A stretch of 34,994 nt of DNA, taken from the NCBI GenBank assembly GCA_945613785.1, contig CALZAJ010000003.1, positions 1 to 34,994 of the forward strand, written 5' to 3'. This DNA is from an uncultured Verrucomicrobiota bacterium. GTDB taxonomy: Bacteria; Verrucomicrobiota; Kiritimatiellia; RFP12; UBA1067. A program made the translations under genes and the position numbers. Below, piece by piece: positions 1 to 8,458 of this stretch. The notes beneath the pieces were generated by a model. That model had not been told where the DNA came from and made no database searches. It worked only from the letters and a program-made list of their open reading frames with translations. How positions within the stretch are numbered: the stretch's first letter is position 1; each line of letters opens with the position of its first letter.

Positions 1-289
1 CGCCCGCCTTCTGCGCGTTGGCGACGACATGCAGCGCAAGCGTCGTCTTGCCGGAAGATTCCTGTCCATAACATTCCACAACGCGTCCGCGGGGAAGCCC
101 CCCTACACCAAGCGCCATGTCGAGCGAAAGCGCGCCCGTTGAGATGACAGGGATATCCTCAATTTCACGGTCGCCGAGACGCATAATCGCCATCTCGCCG
201 AATTCCTTGCGAATCTGGCTCATCACCGCATCCAGAGCCGTGTTGCCCGTATTGGCCGTCTTCTTCACCACCTCTTTCTTCTCTGCCAT
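1..289 (-). CDS. recA: Recombinase RecA, 5' part; runs off the window start and is absent from the ORF track
   Basis: Manual translation from ATG at 289 gives [96 protein letters not shown]. It contains the RecA motifs ISTGxLSLD, GGLPRGR and the Walker [10 protein letters not shown]. An AAGGAG Shine-Dalgarno (SD) lies just upstream. Confidence 0.97.
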   Translation of the reverse strand, partial: MAEKKEVVKKTANTGNTALDAVMSQIRKEFGEMAIMRLGDREIEDIPVISTGALSLDMALGVGGLPRGRVVECYGQESSGKTTLALHVVANAQKAG

Positions 290-313
290 AACTCTCCTTG
301 CTTTCTTTTTAAG

Positions 314-3300
314 CTATTCTGTCGCATTTCCATCAACACCTTTGACCGACCAGAAACGCTGCTCGTCGGTGGAACTGGCGTCTTGGAACGAAAATTCTCC
401 GTCGGCGGTCAAAACTTGGTTGGAAACCGCGATCCAGCTGTTGGTGGACTGGAGGGTCGTGCCGGCATAGAGCGTGTAAGAGCATCCCTTCACGCCCGGT
501 GAAAGCCGAAGCAAGTACGTATGTTCGTCGATGCGCTCGATGGCCGTGAAATTAAACGGGCGGCAGGATGGATTGTCCCCGGGATCGACGGCGGCCGCGG
601 TGATTGTGAAATCCGCCGGCGTAAATTCGATTGTATAGTTTCCGCCCAGCACTTTAAGGCTGCCCTGCAAGATGTCGTAGGTTCCAGGAGCCTCGCCACT
701 TTCGCGCACGAGAACGCCGTCAAGCACTTGACTGGCGCTATCCTCGCCCACAAGCCCATATACGCCGTAGGTGAAAACCGGGTCGTTCTCACCCTCTTTT
801 TTCGATGCCTCGAACGCTACGACCCTGATTGTCTTTTTGGCGATTTTCCACGGAATCGATTTCTCGTTATAAGTGCCGTCGGTCCAAACGAAACCCTTGC
901 GCAAAACCGCCCGCGCCACATAGTCGCCGGCATTCGTCGCCACACCCGAATACAACGCGTAGCCGATACCTTCTTTCACACCAATCTGGGCAGCGGCGTT
1001 GTATACGAACTCGTCTGCGGCGACCGTCGGCGGCGACACCGCGATATCCGCGCCGCCTTCAAGGGCGCCGTATACCGCATCGCCACGCTCATAGAGGCCG
1101 TCGGGATCCACCGCCGAGCTCCATACAAGAAGCGCATCGGTTGCATTGGTTACGACCATGCCGTAGTCGCCGGTGAGATCGTTGGTGAAACGCCGCGCAC
1201 CTTCCATGATTCGCTCTTGTGGTGCGGAAGCGAAATATTGCGCATCGACATCGCCAATAAAGTCGGGATCCGCGCCCAGACCCTCAAGAAAGCCGATACC
1301 GCCAGTAAGGTCACCAGCAAGATAAAGCCTGCTCTCAAGATCGTGCACGACCATATTGCTCGCTTCACCGGAAAGGCGGCTATTGCCGAGAATAGCAATA
1401 TCACCTTGCACATAGACACGAGACTTGTTGCCGATAAAGATCCCGCCGGCGCGGTAAGCACGGCAGCCGCGAATTTCACCGCCATTGAGATACGCCTGCG
1501 AATTATCCAGCAAAACTCCGCCGCCACAGCCAGTACCCTCTTTCTCGTTAATATAGTCATTCGCGCAATTCCTGATCGCCGCGCCAGGGTTCATCGTGAA
1601 AACGCCCTTCCACACCACTACGCCACCGCAGGCGCGACCGCCTTGGCCGGAGACATTCGAAATCACGCTGCCGTTTTCCAGCGTCAGCTGCCCTCCTTCA
1701 ACCTTCACCATCGCCGTCGTTCCGCCGTATTCGCCAGAAAGGACGATATTCGTAAGCGCAAGCGCGTTGTTCTCTGGAACCCTAATCGTCGCGTCCGCCC
1801 GACGGAAGAGCGTATGTCCGCCGCCGTCGAAAACAATCGCAGCGTTGTTGGTTACTGCAAAGTCGGTACCAAAATCGACATCGTGCAAAAGCCGCACCGT
1901 CGCACCGTTGGTCGCAACCGCAAAACCCTCGGCAACGGTCAGATAGAATTTTTCCTCCGTGCCGCCGGGGGCAAGCACCCCGACTTCTGCGACGGCTTCC
2001 GTCACCGATTGCGGGCCTTCTGGCGCCTTTGCCCATTGCAGATAATTCCCCTTCTCCGAAATCTGCGCGACCAGCGGCGACTTGTCGCCAATCCCGGCCT
2101 GATTGTAGAAGAATACGCCCAGCGATGACTTGGCATCGTCGCTGGAGCAGGTGAAGCTGCCAAACACTCCACCTTCCTTGTTGCCGGCCGGATAGCCGAT
2201 GCTGAATTCTACACCGACATACCCCGTAGCTGCGCCGGTGAGCACGAGTTTGGCTTTTGTGCCGTTAAGATAAATGTTGCTTTCTTGCTTATTGTAAATG
2301 TTGCCGTAAACCGACGCCAGGCCGGAAAGCTGAACTTCCGCACCGCTGGCCACAAAGACCCCGGCCGCATAATATTCCGACTGACAATCATAGATGCGCC
2401 CGCCTGTCATGATCAGCGCGGAGCCTGGGCTGAACAGACACACCCCGGGACTGTTGTTTACCAATGTAGTCTTGCTTTCTCTACATATATTTTTCGTAAT
2501 CTCAGAGCCAGGAAGCATTTCCACGCGGCCTGAATTCTTGACAAACACCGTAGAACTCTTATTACACTCGACATTACGAATTATGGCACCGTCGCCAAGA
2601 ACGAGACTTCCGCCATCGACGGTGATGAAATGGTTGGTTCGCGTGCCGTTATCCGCTCCAGCGAGGGCAAGATTGGCAATTGAAAGATTCTTGTCGGCAC
2701 CGACGGTAAATGCGCCGTTCTTGCCGATGGTGATTTGCCGACAGTCGGTGGAGGAAGAGAGCGTAAGCGGTCCGGCAAGATTCACGGCATTGGTAAGTTC
2801 GCAATCCCGATAGACTACGATGTTGCCAGTGTTTTGCGCATGCGCAAAACACTGGCGCAATGTGCTGTAGTAATGATTGATGCCGTCGCTGTCGGCGTAG
2901 GAAGCAACCGCCAAATCGGGTTGGGTCTCGCCCGAGCCGTCCCAAACAAGAATCGTTCCATTCGGACTATCGACCGCCGAGCCGACATGTTCGTCGTTGT
3001 AGCGATTCGCGAGATAATTAGCCGTGCCGTTCAATTCGGCGACCGAAACCGACGCCACGCCAAACTGCGCCCCGTCGCCAGAAGTCGCAAGGCAATTAAC
3101 CTCAAGACGCTCGGTCAACGGACCGCACAACTCCAACCCGGTTGGCGAATACAGCAAGACCGACCCAAAGCCGGCAATGTCCTTCAAAGCCGCCGTGGCC
3201 GTTCCGAGCACGCAGAGCGACTCCGTTCCGTCGCCTTCGACGGAGACGATGCGCACATGATCGAACAACACCCTGACAGAATCACCTTCAAGGCTGATGC

Positions 3301-5557
3301 GCCCCGTAGCAGGGCGAAGAATATCGCGCATTTCGCCTGCCTCTGACGATACGATACGGCAGCTTTTATCTATGGTCAGTTTCGCCGGAATGCGAACTTT
3401 GCCCATCAACTCGATCGTTTCGCCGCTTTGCACTTCTTCGACGGCTCTTTTGAGCGACTGGAAGCCAAGATTACGCTCGCGAATGCGCACGAGCGCATCG
3501 GCCGGGCCGACAGTCGCCGGATCAAAGGCGCCGCGGATATACAAAGCCGCCGCCCCGCCTTCGAGGTAATCGTAAAGGACGCTGCGGCAATCGACAATCA
3601 CCACATAAGTTCCCGGTTCGGCCTCGGCAATGCGCACGGATTCAATATTGTTCTTAACGTCGGGTTCATCGCCTCCATTGCCCAGCCAAAACGCCTCGCG
3701 GCCATCATCGCGGCGCTCAACCACAAGATCAAGATCGTTAACCAGTGCCTTCTCCGCCGAAGGTTCGCCAGGATGGTCCACCCAGACAAGTTGCACCTCA
3801 AGCGGCGCAGCATTGGTGGTGCGCACCGCCCACGCAAACTCCGCCCGGTCAGCAAATTGGATTCGGTCTATCAACTTGACGGCTCGGTTGTTCGGATAGA
3901 GCGTCTCTTCCAAATTTACCCTTCCCCAGCCCTGCGCAAAATCAGGAACCGTATCGTTCGCCGATGCCCCGCCGGTGATTACAGCTTTCATCAGCGCGGC
4001 AGTGGGACGCTTGTTCTCGTCTTCAGAAAATTCCGGCTGGTTCAACAACCATTCGCGCACCAACGCAACCGAGCCGGCTACCAACGGGCAAGCCATGGAA
4101 GTGCCCGTGTCGTAGGCGTAAAACTCATTGTAGTTGCCATAACTATAATCAACGCCCCATGCTCTCGTGGAAAGAACGCCTGTTCCGGGCGCGGCAATGT
4201 CTGGCTTGATGCGCCCGTCCTTGCAAGGTCCGCGGCTCGAATATTCGGCGGTAACAACCGGATTGCCGTTTTGTAAAAGGCCTTGCGGCGGAACTATGCG
4301 CGAATTCTGCGTAGCCCCCACGGCAAGCACATTCTTAGCTGCGGCAGGGGAGCCGATAGTGCTCGCTGCGCTTCCTTCGTTGCCAGCCGAAATCACCGGA
4401 AGAAAATCTGGATGCTCCCAGACGTATTTATCGAATTCTTTGCATTCTGCCGTATAAGTTCCCGGGGTTGAGGTGCCCCAGCTGGCGGAATGAATGTAGG
4501 CGGAATATGGCTGATCCCAGTACACAACATCGTCTGGATCGGGCGTAGGACGAAGCAGCTCGTTAATATCAGCTGGCGTATACACTCCACGCCCGCCATC
4601 TGAACAAAACCAGACGAACAACTTTGCCCCCCAGGCCGTGCCGCGAATCTCCTTCGCCGACATGCTGCCGTCGCCCACAATAGATCCGGCCGTATGCGTG
4701 CCGTGCCCGATGTTGTCGTTGGTGATACAATTCTTCGACACCTTGACGCCGATTACCTGGTCGAACAAATCAGGATGCCGAATCTGCCTGGCGTCCTCAT
4801 CAAAGGAAATGCCCGAATCGGAAGTTGTAATTATCTGTCCGGCACCGGAAAGCCCATGCAAATTCCATACCGCACGAACGTTCATCGCAACTGGATCCAC
4901 CGCGATATTGTTGGTGAATTCGGGCCGGACAAACGACTCCATCCACCGCACCTCGCCGTGCAACGACAATGCCCCGATAAGTGCAGCTGGAATACGGACT
5001 TTGAAACTGTCTGGGGCTAATAGACAGCCACTGATTTTCTCGCCGCCGTTTCCAAGTACATACAAGAGCATCCGCTCGCGGTCTTCGGGTGAAGTCGTAA
5101 CTACCGTGACATCAACCGTCTTCGCCCCTGCAGCCACAAGTTCCGAAAGCCCGGAATCGATTTTTCGCGAAGGGACGAACTCTTCTATCGGCAAGAAGCG
5201 CCCGTCGCGCGAAAGTCGATCGCACTGTCCGCTATCGGCTTCGACCAGCAGTTTGCGCGCAGACTGCACAGCCACGACCCGCGCGCCTGTGGCTTCAACC
5301 GCCAGACGCATCGGCTTGTCGAACGGCGTCTCGGAAGCGAGCACGTACGGCAGCGTTCCGCGCACGGTCGGCGTCTGCTTCGGCTCCCCGCCCACGGCGG
5401 AAGACACTCTCGGCGTGACCTCTGTAATCGACCGCGTAGCCCCCGCCGAGAGATCAGGAGACGACGCTGCGGACTCCACCTGGCGTCCGTCATTCCAAAT
5501 CCAAAGCCCCAATAGCGCGAGCAGACAAACTACCGCGCAGATCAAACACTTTCTCAT
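314..5557 (-). CDS. Large exported S8 (subtilisin/KP-43-like) serine protease with beta-helix-like repeats, MBG-like domains and a C-terminal beta domain
   Basis: N-terminal hydrophobic segment. Catalytic motifs ITTSDSG (Asp), HGTHTAGSI (His), SAGN (oxyanion Asn) and GTSMACP (Ser). KP-43-like motifs SSRGPCKDGRIKPD, LVWVD and LVNDLDL. Gly-rich GGGV/AGGI repeats and an MBG_2-like segment (SKKEGENDPVFTY...GGNYTIEFTPADFTIT). AGGAG SD upstream. Confidence 0.9.
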   Translation of the reverse strand: MRKCLICAVVCLLALLGLWIWNDGRQVESAASSPDLSAGATRSITEVTPRVSSAVGGEPKQTPTVRGTLPYVLASETPFDKPMRLAVEATGARVVAVQSARKLLVEADSGQCDRLSRDGRFLPIEEFVPSRKIDSGLSELVAAGAKTVDVTVVTTSPEDRERMLLYVLGNGGEKISGCLLAPDSFKVRIPAALIGALSLHGEVRWMESFVRPEFTNNIAVDPVAMNVRAVWNLHGLSGAGQIITTSDSGISFDEDARQIRHPDLFDQVIGVKVSKNCITNDNIGHGTHTAGSIVGDGSMSAKEIRGTAWGAKLFVWFCSDGGRGVYTPADINELLRPTPDPDDVVYWDQPYSAYIHSASWGTSTPGTYTAECKEFDKYVWEHPDFLPVISAGNEGSAASTIGSPAAAKNVLAVGATQNSRIVPPQGLLQNGNPVVTAEYSSRGPCKDGRIKPDIAAPGTGVLSTRAWGVDYSYGNYNEFYAYDTGTSMACPLVAGSVALVREWLLNQPEFSEDENKRPTAALMKAVITGGASANDTVPDFAQGWGRVNLEETLYPNNRAVKLIDRIQFADRAEFAWAVRTTNAAPLEVQLVWVDHPGEPSAEKALVNDLDLVVERRDDGREAFWLGNGGDEPDVKNNIESVRIAEAEPGTYVVIVDCRSVLYDYLEGGAAALYIRGAFDPATVGPADALVRIRERNLGFQSLKRAVEEVQSGETIELMGKVRIPAKLTIDKSCRIVSSEAGEMRDILRPATGRISLEGDSVRVLFDHVRIVSVEGDGTESLCVLGTATAALKDIAGFGSVLLYSPTGLELCGPLTERLEVNCLATSGDGAQFGVASVSVAELNGTANYLANRYNDEHVGSAVDSPNGTILVWDGSGETQPDLAVASYADSDGINHYYSTLRQCFAHAQNTGNIVVYRDCELTNAVNLAGPLTLSSSTDCRQITIGKNGAFTVGADKNLSIANLALAGADNGTRTNHFITVDGGSLVLGDGAIIRNVECNKSSTVFVKNSGRVEMLPGSEITKNICRESKTTLVNNSPGVCLFSPGSALIMTGGRIYDCQSEYYAAGVFVASGAEVQLSGLASVYGNIYNKQESNIYLNGTKAKLVLTGAATGYVGVEFSIGYPAGNKEGGVFGSFTCSSDDAKSSLGVFFYNQAGIGDKSPLVAQISEKGNYLQWAKAPEGPQSVTEAVAEVGVLAPGGTEEKFYLTVAEGFAVATNGATVRLLHDVDFGTDFAVTNNAAIVFDGGGHTLFRRADATIRVPENNALALTNIVLSGEYGGTTAMVKVEGGQLTLENGSVISNVSGQGGRACGGVVVWKGVFTMNPGAAIRNCANDYINEKEGTGCGGGVLLDNSQAYLNGGEIRGCRAYRAGGIFIGNKSRVYVQGDIAILGNSRLSGEASNMVVHDLESRLYLAGDLTGGIGFLEGLGADPDFIGDVDAQYFASAPQERIMEGARRFTNDLTGDYGMVVTNATDALLVWSSAVDPDGLYERGDAVYGALEGGADIAVSPPTVAADEFVYNAAAQIGVKEGIGYALYSGVATNAGDYVARAVLRKGFVWTDGTYNEKSIPWKIAKKTIRVVAFEASKKEGENDPVFTYGVYGLVGEDSASQVLDGVLVRESGEAPGTYDILQGSLKVLGGNYTIEFTPADFTITAAAVDPGDNPSCRPFNFTAIERIDEHTYLLRLSPGVKGCSYTLYAGTTLQSTNSWIAVSNQVLTADGEFSFQDASSTDEQRFWSVKGVDGNATE

Positions 5558-5586
5558 TAGGCCATTCTCCTTTTCAACAGAATGGA

Positions 5587-5616
5587 ATTATAACAAAAAT
5601 TTGTGGTTTATAGGAA
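5587..5616 (-). promoter_or_regulatory. Extended -10 sigma70-type promoter (TGtTATAAT) upstream of the S8 protease and recA
   Basis: Minus strand reads TTCCTA-N18-TATAAT, with TG one base before the -10 (TGTTATAAT at 5595-5587). It lies in an AT-rich gap about 30 nt upstream of the ATG. Confidence 0.65.
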
Positions 5617-8454
5617 TTTTCCTGTGACAGATTCGTTGCAGGCGCGAACCGTGGAAACAGGTCCTTCACAGACGAGCTGACCGCCCGAATCACCTCCGCC
5701 GGGACCCAGGTCAACCAGCCAATCCGCACACCGCATGACATCGATATTGTGCTCGATGACAATGATTGTATTGCCCTGGTCTCGAAGCTGCAAAAGCAGC
5801 TTCATCAACTTTGCAATGTCATCAAAGTGCAGACCCGTGGTCGGCTCGTCCAACAGGTACAGCGTCCGCCCCGTCGCGCGCTTGGACAATTCCGTTGCCA
5901 ACTTAATGCGTTGCGCTTCACCGCCCGAGAGGGTCGTGGCGGGCTGTCCAAGACCGATATAGCCAAGACCGACGTCCGTCAAAGTCTTCAATTTTCTCGC
6001 CAATGACGGCACTTTTGCGAAGAATTCTGCGGCTTCAGCCACCGTCATCTCCAAGACGTCACTGATGGTCTTGCCGCCATATGTGACCTCGAGCGTCTCG
6101 GCATTGAATCGCTTGCCGTTGCACTGTTCGCAGGTGACATAGACATCGGGCAAAAAGCTCATTTCAAGCTTGCGCGATCCATCACCGCCGCAGACCTCAC
6201 AGCGTCCGCCCTTCACATTGAAAGAGAAGCGGCCGGAATCATATCCGCGCGCCTTTGCGGCCTCGGTTTGCGCAAATAACTGACGAATATCTGAGAAAAA
6301 GCCAACATATGTTGCTGGATTTGATCTCGGCGTGCGCCCAATCGGCGACTGGTCAATCTCGATTACCTTGTCGAAATTCTCAATTCCTGTGATTTTCTTG
6401 TATTTACCTGGCTGCTCCTTCGAACCATAGAAATGGCGCATGAGCGCACGCTTCAGGGTCTCGTCCACCAACGTCGACTTACCCGAACCCGAGACGCCCG
6501 TCACCACCGAGAAGGCCCCAATCGGGAATCGCGCGGTCACGTTCTTGAGGTTGTGCTCGGAACAGCCGGAAATGGTCAAGAAGGGTGCGGGACGGGATTT
6601 GGTGTGTTTGGGTGTTTGAGTGGTGGTGGGTTGAGTTGCAACGCTCTTTCGACCCGTCAGGTAGTCCGCCGTGAGCGATTTCGCCTTGAGCAGACCCTTG
6701 AAGTCGCCCTGGTACATGACCTGTCCGCCCTCACGTCCCGCACCGGGTCCGAGGTCAACGATGTAGTCCGCGGCGCGCATCATCTCCTCATCGTGCTCGA
6801 CAATGACCACCGTGTTGCCGCGGTCGCGGAGTCCCTTCAGCGTGCCGATGAGACGTTCGTTGTCACGCGGGTGGAGTCCGATGGTCGGCTCGTCCAGCAC
6901 ATAGAGGACGCCCGTGAGTCCGCTGCCGATCTGCGTCGCCAGACGGATGCGCTGCATCTCGCCACCGGACAGTGTCGAGGACGCGCGATCGAGCGTGAGA
7001 TAGTCAAGACCGACGTCGAGCAGGAATTGGAGTCGGCGACGGATTTCCTTCAGCACTTCCTTCATGCCGGCGAGCGTATTGGTTGGAGCACCCTGCACGG
7101 ACAAGGACTCGAAGAACGACAACGCCTCGCGAATGGGCATGGCCATCACATCGACGATCGACTTGCCGGCAATCGTCGCGGCGCGCGCTTCCGGACGAAG
7201 GCGCGAACCCTGACAGTCCGGACACATCTTGAAATTCTGGTAGGTCTCGTACTTGGCGCGGACCTCGTCATCCTCCGCTTCGTCGAGCTTGCGCTGAAGC
7301 GCATTGAGAACACCCTCGAACGGCTTGTCGACACGACGCCAGCTCAAGACGAGATCTTCCTTGAAACCGTGCATCAGGTCATGACGAAACTTCGCCGACA
7401 GCTTTTCATAAGGCGTCGAGAGCTTGACCTTGTTCTGACGCGCAATCTCCGAGAGCAATTCCTTGTGATAGAGAATCGCCATCTGTCCGCCCAAACGACG
7501 CCAGGGATGGATCGCCTCCTCGAGCGGCAGGGTCTTGTCCGGCACGACGAGATCCTCGTCGAAGAAATAGAGCTGTCCGAGACCCGCACATGTCGGACAC
7601 GCTCCGAACGGCGAGTTGAAGGAGAAGCTGCGCGGCTTGAGCTCTTCAAAGGAAATGCCACAGTCGATGCAGGCATTGAGCTCGCTGAACGTGCGCTCGG
7701 AGGCCGTGTTGCCGGGGTGTTGGGTTGTTTGAGAGGCGGAACCGGAGTCGGCGAGGAGTTCGACTTTGAGGATGCCCTGACCGACTTTGAGCGCGAGCTC
7801 GACCGAATCGGTGAGACGCGTGCGGTCACACGGCAACACGAGACGGTCGATGACGACGTCGATGTTGTGCGCCTTCTTCTTGTCGAGCTCGGGCAGTTCG
7901 TCGACCGGGTACATCGTCCCATCGATGCGCACGCGGGCGAAGCCCTTGCGCTTAAGTTCCTCGAAAACGGACTCGTGGCGTCCCTTCTTGCCTTTCACGA
8001 CAGGCGCGTAGAGGATCGTCTTTCCCGATGCGTCTGCCAGCAGCGAATCGACGATCTGTTCGGCGGACTGCTTGGTGACCGGCCGGCCGCACTTGGGACA
8101 ATGGGCGGTTGCGCAAGAGCCATAGAGCACGCGCAGATAATCATGAATCTCCGTGACCGTCGCAACGATCGAACGCGGGTTGCCACTCGTCGTGTGCTGC
8201 TCGATGGAGATGGCCGGGGACAGGCCTTCGATCTTCTCGACATCTGGCTTCTCAAGTCGGTCCAAGAACTGCCGCGCATAAGCCGAGAGCGACTCCACAT
8301 AACGGCGCTGACCTTCCGCGTACAGCGTATCGAACGCAAGCGACGATTTACCCGACCCCGAAAGCCCGGTCACCACCGTAAGAGAATTGCGCGGTATGGT
8401 TACATCGATGCCCTTGAGATTGTGGACGCGCGCATTCTTGATCACAATATCCAT
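5608..8454 (-). CDS. uvrA: Excinuclease ABC subunit A
   Basis: Start placed at ATG 8454 ([14 protein letters not shown]). Two Walker A motifs ([18 protein letters not shown]), two LSGGE signatures, LDEPT motifs, [30 protein letters not shown] and several CxxC zinc modules. Confidence 0.98.
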   Translation of the reverse strand: MDIVIKNARVHNLKGIDVTIPRNSLTVVTGLSGSGKSSLAFDTLYAEGQRRYVESLSAYARQFLDRLEKPDVEKIEGLSPAISIEQHTTSGNPRSIVATVTEIHDYLRVLYGSCATAHCPKCGRPVTKQSAEQIVDSLLADASGKTILYAPVVKGKKGRHESVFEELKRKGFARVRIDGTMYPVDELPELDKKKAHNIDVVIDRLVLPCDRTRLTDSVELALKVGQGILKVELLADSGSASQTTQHPGNTASERTFSELNACIDCGISFEELKPRSFSFNSPFGACPTCAGLGQLYFFDEDLVVPDKTLPLEEAIHPWRRLGGQMAILYHKELLSEIARQNKVKLSTPYEKLSAKFRHDLMHGFKEDLVLSWRRVDKPFEGVLNALQRKLDEAEDDEVRAKYETYQNFKMCPDCQGSRLRPEARAATIAGKSIVDVMAMPIREALSFFESLSVQGAPTNTLAGMKEVLKEIRRRLQFLLDVGLDYLTLDRASSTLSGGEMQRIRLATQIGSGLTGVLYVLDEPTIGLHPRDNERLIGTLKGLRDRGNTVVIVEHDEEMMRAADYIVDLGPGAGREGGQVMYQGDFKGLLKAKSLTADYLTGRKSVATQPTTTQTPKHTKSRPAPFLTISGCSEHNLKNVTARFPIGAFSVVTGVSGSGKSTLVDETLKRALMRHFYGSKEQPGKYKKITGIENFDKVIEIDQSPIGRTPRSNPATYVGFFSDIRQLFAQTEAAKARGYDSGRFSFNVKGGRCEVCGGDGSRKLEMSFLPDVYVTCEQCNGKRFNAETLEVTYGGKTISDVLEMTVAEAAEFFAKVPSLARKLKTLTDVGLGYIGLGQPATTLSGGEAQRIKLATELSKRATGRTLYLLDEPTTGLHFDDIAKLMKLLLQLRDQGNTIIVIEHNIDVMRCADWLVDLGPGGGDSGGQLVCEGPVSTVRACNESVTGKFL

Positions 8455-8458
8455 CGCG

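Noticed and set aside
5555-5575. Mini-ORF ATG-GCC-TAA overlapping the protease start (AAGGAGAATGGCCTAATG)
   Set aside because: The SD is only ~1 nt from the first ATG but well spaced for the second, so this is probably coincidental.
5566-5587. Possible LexA box upstream of the protease and recA
   Set aside because: TGTTG-AAAA-GGAGA is a poor match to the TGTTC-N4-GAACA motif described for Verrucomicrobia, and the imperfect palindrome TTCAACAGAATGGAA is too weak to call.
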